In this document: positions 37,704-47,362 of the stretch, one piece after another
Layout: each line of letters begins with the position of its first letter
How positions within the stretch are numbered: the first letter of the stretch is position 1
Source: a bacterium
GTDB lineage: Bacteria > Patescibacteriota > Minisyncoccia > Phycocordibacterales > CAIZLB01
DNA length: 64,000 nt
Assembly (NCBI GenBank): GCA_031411135.1
Contig: JANOAN010000013.1
Location: 152,424 to 216,423, forward strand
Reading direction: 5' to 3'
Notes under the pieces: generated by a model
Seen by the model: the letters and a program-made list of their open reading frames with translations, nothing else
What the model was told of the DNA's origin: nothing
The model's database searches: none
Program-made: the position numbers and the translations under genes

Positions 37704-38545
37704 GAAAGTTTCACCTTTTCTATTAGCTCACCGATATATTTATTCTGATCGATATGTTTTCCATACCCCTTGGCTAGTGAGAATAATTCTCTAAGGAAAT
37801 TGATAATGGTTTTATTCTTAATGCATATAGAAACCTCTTCTTTCCAGTTTGTGATATAGGCAGAATCAGGAAGTATAAACATTTCAGTTGCCAGGTTTAG
37901 GAAATCCTTCTTGATAAATGTCATGTCTGTTGCTCGTCCTAAAAAACTCTCTAGAGTTTTCAAAAGTAAACTTTTATCATTTTTGTAAAAATCAACAAGG
38001 AAAGGATAGTAGTCTTCAGATAAAAGACCTTCGATAATAATTGGCTTACTACGAATATTTTCTTGCAAATGTTGAATTTTTTCTGACCACTCAAGCTTCT
38101 GTAAACTTTCTCTAATTGACGCAGTTGGTTGAAATCCTTGAACTCGAGTGTTTGCAGGAAGTTCTAGTAGTGCTTCCCAGACTTTGTAAAGGCTATCGAC
38201 ACCGTTGTATATAGTAAATTCCGAATCTGAAACACCAATTGTAACTTGAGAATGCTTATCTATCTCTTGAGAAATATTTGCAAACTTTTTTATTAAGTTT
38301 TCAGGAGTGATTCTGTACCATAGTTTTCTTTTACCCACTCTTTTGTAATCAATAAGTCCTCTTTCTTTAAGACTTTTCAGGGCTATATGAGTACTCATAC
38401 GGGGAATGTTTAATTGTTTAGATAAGTCAGCCGTTGATTTAAACAAGTCAGTATTTTCATAGGAAAGCCCCTCAAACACTTTCCAGTCATTTTTACTGAG
38501 TTTTAATGTCTTAACGAAGTTGTTATGAATGCTTTTCATGCTCAA
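37700..38545 (-). CDS. winged-helix transcriptional regulator (TrmB/MarR-like N-terminus) with uncharacterised C-terminal domain
   Basis: N-terminal LSKQLNIPRMSTHIALKSLKERGLIDYKR HTH. Divergent from the radical-SAM gene. Confidence 0.5.
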   Translation of the reverse strand: MSMKSIHNNFVKTLKLSKNDWKVFEGLSYENTDLFKSTADLSKQLNIPRMSTHIALKSLKERGLIDYKRVGKRKLWYRITPENLIKKFANISQEIDKHSQVTIGVSDSEFTIYNGVDSLYKVWEALLELPANTRVQGFQPTASIRESLQKLEWSEKIQHLQENIRSKPIIIEGLLSEDYYPFLVDFYKNDKSLLLKTLESFLGRATDMTFIKKDFLNLATEMFILPDSAYITNWKEEVSICIKNKTIINFLRELFSLAKGYGKHIDQNKYIGELIEKVKLS

Positions 38546-38717
38546 ATCCTATCAAATGACATAAAATATGTCAATTATTTATACTAAATAGCCTTTAATG
38601 GTAAGGATAATATGGAAATATTGGAAAGATTTACGAAAAAGTTACTAGTTATTTAATATAAGACCATACTATGGGCGGAAAGTAAATAAAGAAAAGAACA
38701 TTAAAAGAAAGGAATTA

Positions 38718-39743
38718 ATGACAACCAAACATCTTCAACTATGGCTTCAGGGAAGACTCTCCGAGGCTAGAACAATTACACCAGTAAGAATCGTTGCAAC
38801 AGCCGATGCCAGCTGCAACCTTCAATGCGAACACTGTTATTGGGAACACGATATCCCGAACAGTCCGCACCAAGTCGACTGGCTTCCTGCAATCGAGAGA
38901 ATCAACCAGTTTCATGCAGAAGCAAAGGCACACGAAGCAACACTTCAAGTCCCCTACGCCGGCCGGATTCTTTCAAAAAGGGGAATTAGGTTTTTGAAAG
39001 CTCTCGTAGAGCATGGACAGATCAAAAGAGCAGATGAAAATGATGGAATCATCCTCGCAATAATTGACAATGGGTACACGGTCTTCAATTGCCCAGAGTT
39101 TCTTACTCTGTGCCAATACATCAACATCTCTGTTGACGGTTGGCGAGCAGGACACGATAGGCAGAGAAGGAAGCAGGGATCGTTTGATGTGGCTTGGGGG
39201 GCAATCCTCAGGCTCAAGGAAATGGGTCACGACCCAATCTCTGCCTCAGCAGTCGGTCCACTTACTTGGCCTGACTGGGATAAGTTCGAAAATCTCCTAG
39301 TGGAACATGATGTTCGTTCAAGCGTGACGTTCGTGTGGGACATGGCTGCAACAAAAAAGCGCGACGTGTCGAGTATTCACGGAGATGCGGAACTCATCAA
39401 AATCTTTGAGACATTGACGAGGGGTGTTCCCAAGTTGATTAATCTCTACGATCTAGATCACGTGAGGGTGCTCATGCCATTTCTCAAAGAACTGAAGTGG
39501 GAAGCCGACAACTATTCGGGCGATGGTTTGGTCGCAGAATGTAACGGCTCGAAAATAATGTATCGACCTTGTGCCCCAGCATTTTTTCGAGAAATCGAAG
39601 TGTTGTGGGATGGCTCTTTCAAAACCATCGAATCATGCGGGAGAGCTCAAATTGATTCGGTTACTGACGAGCACTTTCAAAAAGTGTATTCGATTGCTCG
39701 CGAAGAACGCGATGTATGGAAAGACGTTTCCATACAAAACTGA
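38718..39743 (+). CDS. radical SAM protein (possible peptide-modifying enzyme with C-terminal Cys-containing auxiliary region)
   Basis: CNLQCEHC = CxxxCxxC radical-SAM cluster motif near the N-terminus. Additional Cys in the C-terminal region (CAPAFF...ESCGRAQ). GC-elevated. Confidence 0.7.
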   Translation: MTTKHLQLWLQGRLSEARTITPVRIVATADASCNLQCEHCYWEHDIPNSPHQVDWLPAIERINQFHAEAKAHEATLQVPYAGRILSKRGIRFLKALVEHGQIKRADENDGIILAIIDNGYTVFNCPEFLTLCQYINISVDGWRAGHDRQRRKQGSFDVAWGAILRLKEMGHDPISASAVGPLTWPDWDKFENLLVEHDVRSSVTFVWDMAATKKRDVSSIHGDAELIKIFETLTRGVPKLINLYDLDHVRVLMPFLKELKWEADNYSGDGLVAECNGSKIMYRPCAPAFFREIEVLWDGSFKTIESCGRAQIDSVTDEHFQKVYSIAREERDVWKDVSIQN

Positions 39744-39785
39744 AAACGTACTTTAACGTGAAGTACGAAAATATGGAGGTTCCAT

Positions 39786-39914
39786 ATGGCCACTGTATCT
39801 GGCAGTAAGGGGATCAGCCCTCCGCGTCCAGTAATCCAAGGAGCACTTGGAGCGGGAAGCAAGGGGATTGATCCACCTCGCCCGATTCACCCTGTGGTGA
39901 AGACGGGTAAATAA
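39786..39914 (+). CDS. 42-aa repeat peptide, candidate RiPP precursor
   Basis: GGAGG RBS 6 nt before the ATG. MATVSGSKGISPPRPVIQGALGAGSKGIDPPRPIHPVVKTGK contains a duplicated GSKGIxPPRP motif. It lies 42 nt after the radical-SAM stop and is followed by a terminator. Confidence 0.45.
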   Translation: MATVSGSKGISPPRPVIQGALGAGSKGIDPPRPIHPVVKTGK

Positions 39915-39928
39915 CAGGTTCGTCCTGG

Positions 39929-39964
39929 GGTAGGTCACGAAAGTGGCCTACCTTTTTATTTTGT
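39929..39964 (+). terminator. intrinsic terminator ending the rSAM-peptide transcript
   Basis: ggtaggtcac-gaaa-gtggcctacc then ttttta tttt. Confidence 0.65.
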
Positions 39965-40078
39965 ATTACATTATTCCTTCAGTAAAAACTTGACACCTAC
40001 CACCCTTTTGCTAAAATCACACCACTACGGCCCTTAGGCCAATTGAGATTCCCCCTCCAAAAGAGGGGGTTTCGTTTT

Positions 40079-40471
40079 TTATGGTTTAACTAATTTGATA
40101 ATTTTGTCTTGGATTAAAGAAAACTGATACTGGGATATCTTTCTTATTAACCTTCTAAATCTTTTTACACTTACCAGCCTTAATTGGGACAAAATAACCG
40201 ATGACGTAACTCCTTCATGTTCTAATTGGTGATGGAAGTCACTATCTACATTCTTTGTTGTCATAGGTAATACCCAAGCCATTCTATTGTTGAATTTTCT
40301 GAGTACCAAAACTGGTCTTTCATATAATTTATTTTTACCGTCCTGTTCAGATCCAATATTTACCCCAATAGAACACCATCATATTTCACCTTTGTGGAAT
40401 ATAAAATCATTTGGACCATTAAGTTCCAAATTTTGCTTTTCTATATTCCAATTATCGAAATCTTTCGACAT
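40079..40471 (-). pseudogene. MazF/PemK-family toxin gene interrupted by an in-frame TGA (codon 31)
   Basis: MSKDFDNWNIEKQNLELNGPNDFIFHKGEI-TGA-WCSIGVNIGSEQDGK...RPVLVLRK... The intact paralog 56816..57208 has W at that position (GEVWWCSVGANIG), so this is a TGG>TGA mutation at 40379-40381. Confidence 0.7.
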
Positions 40472-40611
40472 CAAGTAACTGTATAGCTGTCTTGTTAAAT
40501 TTTTATTAAGAAAAATCTAAATTATGCACACCCATGGACAAAACTACCTGATCATCTTACTATCAATCCAGAAGCCTGTAGCAATCCCGCTCCAGGAAAC
40601 CACAAAAGGAG

Positions 40612-40863
40612 GTGGTAACAATTAAACCGTTCTTAATGCTCATAGGCTTTGCCTACTTTGCGCTCTTCATGATCTTCGGCGTCGAACCTCAGATCACCTG
40701 GTGGAAATCAGGAAAGACAAGGAACTTCAACCTCACCGAGTACATGCAGGCCAGCGCAAAAGTTAACGGCAACGGCCTGCCGGCTCGGACCGTCACCCTG
40801 CTCGCCTATCCTGGCGCAAAGGTCGGTCGCCTAATCTACAACGCAATGGCGAAGGAAGGCTGA
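40612..40863 (+). CDS. small GC-rich membrane-anchored hypothetical protein
   Basis: One N-terminal TM helix. The C-terminal half is about 58 percent GC. Followed by a compound GC hairpin plus T-run. Confidence 0.35.
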   Translation: MVTIKPFLMLIGFAYFALFMIFGVEPQITWWKSGKTRNFNLTEYMQASAKVNGNGLPARTVTLLAYPGAKVGRLIYNAMAKEG

Positions 40864-40886
40864 AAAACTCTTCCGATCAGTACAAT

Positions 40887-40928
40887 GCCCGCCTCTGCAA
40901 ATGCAGGGTGCGGGCGTTCTGTTTTTTA
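40887..40928 (+). terminator. intrinsic terminator
   Basis: cccgc-ctctgcaaatgcaggg-tgcggg followed by cgttctgtttttt. Confidence 0.55.
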
Positions 40929-42011
40929 TTCGAGTGCTTTAATCCCCACCAAACTCTCCTCCTCCAAAAACTCCAACATCGCTCCACCACCACTCGAAAT
41001 AAACACATTCGGATTCTCCACCTTCAAACTCTCAATCGCCGCAACCGTATCCCCTCCTCCAACCGCACACTTCGCCCCAGACTCCATAATCAACTTTGCC
41101 AATTTCAAAGTCTGATCCTTAAATCCCTTTTCATACAAACCCAAAGGTCCATTCCATAAAATAAACTTCGCAGTTTTTATCTTGTCAGCAAAAGCATCAA
41201 TCGAAGCAGGACCAACATCCATAATAATTTCATCTTTCTGAACTTCTTTAACACCACACACTCTATTACTATCAACCACCACATCTGTAGGAATTATAAT
41301 CCTCTGATCAGCCACAATGTTTTTTATATCAACTTCCTCTTTTGAAACAAGTGACTTCCCAACCTCATACCCTTTCGCCTTAAAAACATCATTCATCAGT
41401 GCCCCACCAACAAAAATATAATCTGCGGTATTTGAAAACTTTTCAATCAAAGGAAGTTTTGTTTCAAACTTTGCACCACCTAAAATAAAAATAAATGGAT
41501 GAGCTGGATTAAAAAATGCGCTGAGGTTTTCAATTTCCTTTAACAATTGAAATCCTGCATAGTGTGGCAACAATTTTGGAACCCCAACAACTGATGCATG
41601 CTCTCGATGACAAACAGGAAAAGCATCGTTTACATAAATATCAGCGTAACTGGCTAAAACCTTTGCAAATTCAGGGTCATTTGCCTTTTCACCAGGGTTT
41701 GAACGTAGGTTTTCAAAGAGCATCACCTCTCCCTCTTCAATCTTTTGATCCCAATTCATAAAATCCTTAACCAATTTTATTCCCATTTTTTCTGCAACTG
41801 GTTGTAATGTCGGATTCTCCTTTGTCTCAATATGTGAAATCAAAATCACTTTTGCTCCTTCTGATTTTAAATATTCAATCGTTGGCATCGCCACTCGAAT
41901 TCGTAGATCATCAATAATCTTTCCGTCCTGAACCGGAACATTGAAGTCCACTCTGACAATCACTTTCTTTCCCTTCAAACTTCCTGCCTCTTTGATTGAT
42001 TTTATTTTCAT
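40926..42011 (-). CDS. pgk: phosphoglycerate kinase
   Basis: N-terminal KVIVRVDFNVP motif. 361 aa. Confidence 0.9.
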   Translation of the reverse strand: MKIKSIKEAGSLKGKKVIVRVDFNVPVQDGKIIDDLRIRVAMPTIEYLKSEGAKVILISHIETKENPTLQPVAEKMGIKLVKDFMNWDQKIEEGEVMLFENLRSNPGEKANDPEFAKVLASYADIYVNDAFPVCHREHASVVGVPKLLPHYAGFQLLKEIENLSAFFNPAHPFIFILGGAKFETKLPLIEKFSNTADYIFVGGALMNDVFKAKGYEVGKSLVSKEEVDIKNIVADQRIIIPTDVVVDSNRVCGVKEVQKDEIIMDVGPASIDAFADKIKTAKFILWNGPLGLYEKGFKDQTLKLAKLIMESGAKCAVGGGDTVAAIESLKVENPNVFISSGGGAMLEFLEEESLVGIKALE

Positions 42012-42013
42012 CT

Positions 42014-42835
42014 TTATTTTCTTCGTGGTGGTTTAACTTTTGTAACCTGTCTTGCTCTCTTTTTTAATTCTTTCACTGCTTCTGCTGTTCCTGAAAACAC
42101 CCCTTTAAAAGTCTCCGCCTCCCAACTTGATCGTCCTGGTAAAAATCCGCTCACTCCTCCGTTTAAATATAGGTCATATGCGTTTTCTGGTGTCACTGAA
42201 CCTCCGTAAATAATTCGGATCAAGTCCCCTGCAATTCCGAGCACCTCCTTCAAATACTTTCTGATGAAAATCGCCATCTGATGCAAATCATGTGAAGTAA
42301 TCGCCACATTATCTGTTCTTCCAATCGCCCAAACTGGTTCATACGCCACAATTACCTTGTGAACTTCCTGCTTTGAAACTCTTCCTAAACTCTTTTTAAT
42401 CTGAGACTTAATAACCTCTAAATAGTTTCCCTCTTCATCGCGTTCTGTTTCACCAACACAAACAACTGCGATCATTCCGCATTTCACTACCTCTGCCACC
42501 TTTTCAGCAACCACCTCATCTGTCTCTCCCATCGCTCGTCTTTCAGAGTGTCCAACGATAGAATATGTCGCTCCGCATGAACGCACCATTGAAGCCGAAA
42601 TTTCGCCTGTTTTTGACCCAGTTGTCCAAAAAGAAACATTCTGAGCACCTAAACTGATATCTTTATTCTTCAAACTACTAATAAAGCTTGCTGGTGGGCA
42701 CACAACAGCATCAATCACCGATTTATACTTCTTATAAACCTTCACAATGTCCAAATATCGTTCTTTTGCTTCGTTTAATGTGTTCGGGGTTAACTTCCAA
42801 TTACCAACAATCAGGGGTTTTGGTGACTTTTTCAT
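42014..42835 (-). CDS. tpiA: triose-phosphate isomerase
   Basis: IVGNWKL...YSIVGHSERR TIM motifs. C-terminal extension. Confidence 0.85.
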   Translation of the reverse strand: MKKSPKPLIVGNWKLTPNTLNEAKERYLDIVKVYKKYKSVIDAVVCPPASFISSLKNKDISLGAQNVSFWTTGSKTGEISASMVRSCGATYSIVGHSERRAMGETDEVVAEKVAEVVKCGMIAVVCVGETERDEEGNYLEVIKSQIKKSLGRVSKQEVHKVIVAYEPVWAIGRTDNVAITSHDLHQMAIFIRKYLKEVLGIAGDLIRIIYGGSVTPENAYDLYLNGGVSGFLPGRSSWEAETFKGVFSGTAEAVKELKKRARQVTKVKPPRRK

Positions 42836-42849
42836 TCACCTATTGTACT

Positions 42850-44643
42850 TTACTCAGATACTTCCTGCCAACTATCTATTGACCATAAAGATGATGTAGC
42901 ACCAGTTGAGCCTAGTGAGAAATATTGAAGCTTTGAATTATAGTTAACGTTGGCGTTATTAGACAAAGTTGCACCAAGCGCTGAGATTGAATCAGCTGAT
43001 GCATTATTATCCAGTTTTACAAGACCATTCGGAGCCATTAAAGCCTCAGCGTTAGCGTTATTAGACAATATAATACTTCCAGTTGGGCATGCAGCAGTGG
43101 TGCAACGAGAGGTTAGTAATAAGAAACTATCTACATTTCCAGAACCTTGAGCATTAGCATTATTATCAAGACTAATAGAGCCATCTACCAGAACAACAAG
43201 GTCCTTTGCTCCCATACTTGGATCAATCTGAATTAAAGCATTGTTCGACAAAACTAAATTTCCCGTGATCCACAAATTTCCAGTCAAATATAGCTGGGCA
43301 TTATTACTAACATTAACGTTACCTATCACCTTAGTATTAAACATGGTTTTTGAACCACTAACAGTAACGCTCCCTGTTGTTGTTCCTGAAACTGCAGACG
43401 ACTCCCAAGACGTGTAGTCATTAACTGCAACTACACTTCCAGATATTGTTGGGTCAGGACGAGATTCATCACACACTGATGGAGTCGAGCTTACCGAGTT
43501 TTGGCAATAAATTTTTCCTGTACCAGCATTTGAACTGTAAATTTCACGAGCCCATTGAAAATATGGACTGCCAGAAGTAGTCACGTTTGTAATTGTACTA
43601 ATATTTCCGTTATAAAAAAGACTAAAGAAAATATCCGCTGCAGTACTTGAAGGTGTTGACCAAGTGCCTCCTCCTGAAGAGCTCCATGTGCCCGTTTGGA
43701 CTTTTCCATTTGCATACGTAGCAGTTGTTGAAGAAACAGCTTCTGCTAAAAGATATGCTGATGAACTTGTCTGAGATGGCAGATCAACAACAATCCAATA
43801 AGTCACACCCGGAGTTAGATTAATCGTTGTATTTAAAGGAAGATAAGGACTTCCAAAGGCAGAGGTAGAAACAGATCCACTGGATAAGGTGGCGCTACCA
43901 TAAACAGTCACACCTGGGTGACCACTTGTGTCATTTACAATCTTTACAGTCACACCACTCCAACTTGTTGAGGTCTTTTTCAAAGATAAACTAACAGCAT
44001 TGATTGGCGTAGCGGACGATATTTTAAAGCTCTGTGCAATATCCTCTACGACTGGAGTTTTATTCCAAAATTTTATAGAAGTTAAACCTGCTGAAGTACT
44101 AGCAACTTGAAAAGATTCAACCGTCACCGGGTCGATCAAGTTTGCAGCAATTACTGAACCACCTGTTACGTTTAGCCCGGAAATACTTCCGTTAACATAA
44201 ACATCCCCTGTAATATTCGCATTATTTGCCGCTGTTACAGAACTTGTGCCGATCTGCATGGCGTACAACATCGCCACTGATCGAGGGCGCGTGAAAACTG
44301 TTTTTGTTAATCGCTGATATGTTCCAGCCAAACCAGTTGAAGTTACAATCTCACTATCTCCATTATCTACGACAACCACACTCGCTGTGGCACCAGTAAT
44401 ACCAAGTGAGATTGTTGAAGGAATTGTTTTTCCCTTATTCAAGCGATAGTAAATTTCCTCGTTACCAATTTCTGCGGTGGCATACGAACGTCGAGAAACT
44501 TCTAGGTCACTTGATACTTTAATTTGATTAGCAATTGGCATAGACATACCAAGAATTACAGACAGGGAAAGTGTGAGGAACAAAATAACTGTTGCCATTA
44601 AAACTTGTCCACTTTGTTTATTTTTATTTGAAATTTTTTTCAT
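42850..44643 (-). CDS. large Ser/Thr/Asn-rich secreted protein, pilus-associated (hypothetical)
   Basis: 597 aa, N-terminal TM/signal anchor, low-complexity S/T/N-rich repeats. Last gene of the pilin operon. Confidence 0.4.
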   Translation of the reverse strand: MKKISNKNKQSGQVLMATVILFLTLSLSVILGMSMPIANQIKVSSDLEVSRRSYATAEIGNEEIYYRLNKGKTIPSTISLGITGATASVVVVDNGDSEIVTSTGLAGTYQRLTKTVFTRPRSVAMLYAMQIGTSSVTAANNANITGDVYVNGSISGLNVTGGSVIAANLIDPVTVESFQVASTSAGLTSIKFWNKTPVVEDIAQSFKISSATPINAVSLSLKKTSTSWSGVTVKIVNDTSGHPGVTVYGSATLSSGSVSTSAFGSPYLPLNTTINLTPGVTYWIVVDLPSQTSSSAYLLAEAVSSTTATYANGKVQTGTWSSSGGGTWSTPSSTAADIFFSLFYNGNISTITNVTTSGSPYFQWAREIYSSNAGTGKIYCQNSVSSTPSVCDESRPDPTISGSVVAVNDYTSWESSAVSGTTTGSVTVSGSKTMFNTKVIGNVNVSNNAQLYLTGNLWITGNLVLSNNALIQIDPSMGAKDLVVLVDGSISLDNNANAQGSGNVDSFLLLTSRCTTAACPTGSIILSNNANAEALMAPNGLVKLDNNASADSISALGATLSNNANVNYNSKLQYFSLGSTGATSSLWSIDSWQEVSE

Positions 44644-44644
44644 A

Positions 44645-45175
44645 TTAATATGTACCTCTCATTATCGCTGTTGCATAAAAAGTTTTCGACCAATTTGCCT
44701 GACTTTCGTCTGATGACTCTAGAACTAATTCTAGTCTGATCCCGGTCGCAGTGTTATTTGTAGAACTAATCATGCTGTAGTTTATAAGAGTCACTTTTAC
44801 GTCATCTGGAGATAAAGGCCCCAATTCAACACCATCTCGGCTTATATAAAGCCTAGAACTTGAAGCGTAGATGCGTGTATTGTAGCTTCCGGTACTAGAG
44901 GCCACGTTCAGTGACAACTTTCCAGAATCAGAATCCATAATCGAATTCGATAAGTCTACACTAGTAGAGTTTTTAATTTCTCGAGTTAATCGATCTAATG
45001 TTGAAATAGCCCCACTTTCTATCTGACGCAATGAATCGATGTTTCTATAAGTTGTGTACAAAGAATTAGTTGCTTGAGACATTGCAACCATTAAAAGAGT
45101 ACTGATAAAAATTACAATGAGGAGTTCGACCATAGTGTAGCCTTGCTGATGATTATTCTTCATATTAATTTGCAA
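44645..45175 (-). CDS. prepilin-type N-terminal cleavage/methylation domain protein (minor pseudopilin)
   Basis: GYTMVELLIVIFI prepilin motif. Confidence 0.7.
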   Translation of the reverse strand: MQINMKNNHQQGYTMVELLIVIFISTLLMVAMSQATNSLYTTYRNIDSLRQIESGAISTLDRLTREIKNSTSVDLSNSIMDSDSGKLSLNVASSTGSYNTRIYASSSRLYISRDGVELGPLSPDDVKVTLINYSMISSTNNTATGIRLELVLESSDESQANWSKTFYATAIMRGTY

Positions 45176-45659
45176 ATAAATTATATAAATACGTCTCGAT
45201 ACTCTTAGAAGAAGTCCCGGCCTCGTCTACCCATTCAACATACATAGTTATAGAGCGCATGTCTGTATCAATAGTTGCTCCAGCTGTAGTTGATTCAACG
45301 ATATTAAAACTTGCATCTCTGTACACATTAGAAAGTTTAAAATATCTTAAAAATTGACCGTCAATCAATGTAGATGAAGCATTAACATTCCATGAATGAT
45401 TATTCCAATACAAATAATATTTTGAACCTATAGTCAAATTTTTTACATATGTATTCCAAGATGCATTTCTTAAAGTTTTCACAGCCTCAATTCCTTCGTC
45501 AGCTAAAAACGAAGCTTGTATGCGTGCAGTATTTCTGTACTGTAAACGCGCCATCGTCCCAAAAACTCCAAGGGATGCGAGAACAGAAGTAGAAATGATC
45601 GCAGCTGCAATTAGAACTTCTATCAATAAAGATCCTTTATTTTTTTTATAAAAACTCAT
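45165..45659 (-). CDS. prepilin-type N-terminal cleavage/methylation domain protein (minor pseudopilin)
   Basis: KGSLLIEVLIAAAII prepilin-like N-terminus. Confidence 0.6.
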   Translation of the reverse strand: MSFYKKNKGSLLIEVLIAAAIISTSVLASLGVFGTMARLQYRNTARIQASFLADEGIEAVKTLRNASWNTYVKNLTIGSKYYLYWNNHSWNVNASSTLIDGQFLRYFKLSNVYRDASFNIVESTTAGATIDTDMRSITMYVEWVDEAGTSSKSIETYLYNLFAN

Positions 45660-45689
45660 TGGAATTATTCCTTAATTGTAGAGTGCATT

Positions 45690-46142
45690 CTACTGTATGT
45701 CCACTATTCCAGTCTTATATATAACAACTGTTCTTCGATCATCCGTATTACTTTTGGAACTAATCATAATTGTACCCGTGGCATTAGGTTCCCCGGTAAT
45801 TTTGTTAAAGTAAATTGTACTTCCTCCTCCTGCGAAATTGATGTTAATAATACTTTGGTTTGGATCGATTGTATAAATCTGATCACTTGAACTTGCTGTA
45901 ACAAAAATTGTACCTTGAAAAACTATTGCTGATGTAGAGGAAAAGTATACTCCAAATGACGAATTGTTTTTTGAAGCAAGAGTAAAGATTCTTGCTCTTT
46001 CGATATGAGAGCGAACGGATTGAGCTTGAGCCTCGATAGATGTGTAGTTAATAATTTTTCCAAAAGACACAAAAGCCACTGAGCCTAGAATAGCAGTGAT
46101 GGATATTACTATAAGCATTTCAATGAGAGTAAAACCTTTCAT
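45690..46142 (-). CDS. type IV pilin
   Basis: MKGFTLIEMLIVISI is a canonical class III signal peptide and N-terminal helix. Confidence 0.8.
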   Translation of the reverse strand: MKGFTLIEMLIVISITAILGSVAFVSFGKIINYTSIEAQAQSVRSHIERARIFTLASKNNSSFGVYFSSTSAIVFQGTIFVTASSSDQIYTIDPNQSIININFAGGGSTIYFNKITGEPNATGTIMISSKSNTDDRRTVVIYKTGIVDIQ

Positions 46143-46145
46143 TTT

Positions 46146-47357
46146 TTAAATATTATTCATCACCGAATACATTGGAGTGATCATAGATACTGCGAAAAAT
46201 CCAACAGATAGTCCGATAATAACCATAAGAAACGGTTCGACGATTGTAGACATGTCTTTGGTTTTTTGCTCTACTTCGTTTTCATAAAAATTCGCTACCC
46301 CGACAAGCATGGTCGCCAGCTTTCCCGTCTCTTCTCCCACATTCATCATTTCGCTCACGAAAATTGGAAATAATTTTTCTTCTTTTTCAAAAACAGTAGA
46401 AAGTGGTTGACCCCTCTCAACAATTCCTTCAGTTTTTTCTAGTACTTCTTTAAAGTACGAGTTTTGAAGAACTTCTCCTGTTATTTTGACGGCGACCAAA
46501 AGGTCTACTCCGGCTGTTAGCAATGATGACAATGTTCTTGCTGTCTGGGCTGAATTACTCTCTTTAACAATCGTGTTAACAACCGGAATCTTTAGAACAC
46601 AAAAATCAATCACCCTTTTCCCTTTTTTGGTTTTTGAAGCATATATAAGGCCAAATATCGCCCCAACAACTATAGCGATTCCGGTTATATAATGGTTACT
46701 TAAAAAGTCACTTAACCAAATGACAAGCTTCGTAGAACCCGGCAACTCTGTCTTCATGTCCTTAAAAGTTTTTGTTAAACGTGGAACCACAAAAATCATC
46801 ATGAGCACTCCAATAAGGACCATAATTGAAAGAATGATTCCTGGATAAATCATCGCACCTTTTACTTTTTTCTTGATCTGGTAACTTTTCTCCATCTGAT
46901 TTGAAACTTGTCTTAAACTCTCCGCTAAGTTTCCAGATTCTTCTCCGGCTCTTGCCATTGAAATAAAGATCGGTGGAAATATATCGGTATGGAGCGCCAT
47001 GGATTCGTGAAAAGTTTTTCCTGCTGAAATATTTGCATTCAAATCCACAAAAATTGCTTTCAATTTTGGATTCTTTGTCTGACGTTCAGAAACAGTTATG
47101 GCGCGAGATAACGAGAGTCCTGCCTCGAGCATTCCTGCCAAGTTTCTCGCAAAAACTATTTTGTCGATAATTTTAATACGACTAAAACTTATATTAAAGT
47201 TTAACTTTTTAAATTTACTTTGCGATTCTTCTTTTATTGTTACAAGCTGCTCATTCAGTTTTTTAAACTCTCCAAAAAAACCAGTGCGATCAGCGGCTTC
47301 TATTGTGCCAGAATGTTCTGTGCCATCAGTTTTTTTTGCTGTATAAAAATATTTCAT
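46146..47357 (-). CDS. pilC: type II secretion system F family / type IV pilus assembly platform protein PilC
   Basis: 403 aa, duplicated GspF domain with 3 TM segments. Confidence 0.85.
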   Translation of the reverse strand: MKYFYTAKKTDGTEHSGTIEAADRTGFFGEFKKLNEQLVTIKEESQSKFKKLNFNISFSRIKIIDKIVFARNLAGMLEAGLSLSRAITVSERQTKNPKLKAIFVDLNANISAGKTFHESMALHTDIFPPIFISMARAGEESGNLAESLRQVSNQMEKSYQIKKKVKGAMIYPGIILSIMVLIGVLMMIFVVPRLTKTFKDMKTELPGSTKLVIWLSDFLSNHYITGIAIVVGAIFGLIYASKTKKGKRVIDFCVLKIPVVNTIVKESNSAQTARTLSSLLTAGVDLLVAVKITGEVLQNSYFKEVLEKTEGIVERGQPLSTVFEKEEKLFPIFVSEMMNVGEETGKLATMLVGVANFYENEVEQKTKDMSTIVEPFLMVIIGLSVGFFAVSMITPMYSVMNNI

Positions 47358-47362
47358 AATTA

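Noticed and set aside
40379-40381. In-frame TGA read as Gly/Trp (alternative genetic code 25 or 4)
   Set aside because: All ribosomal and housekeeping genes in the window terminate and read cleanly with UGA as stop. The single in-frame TGA replaces a conserved Trp codon in a dispensable toxin paralog, so a nonsense mutation is the simpler explanation.
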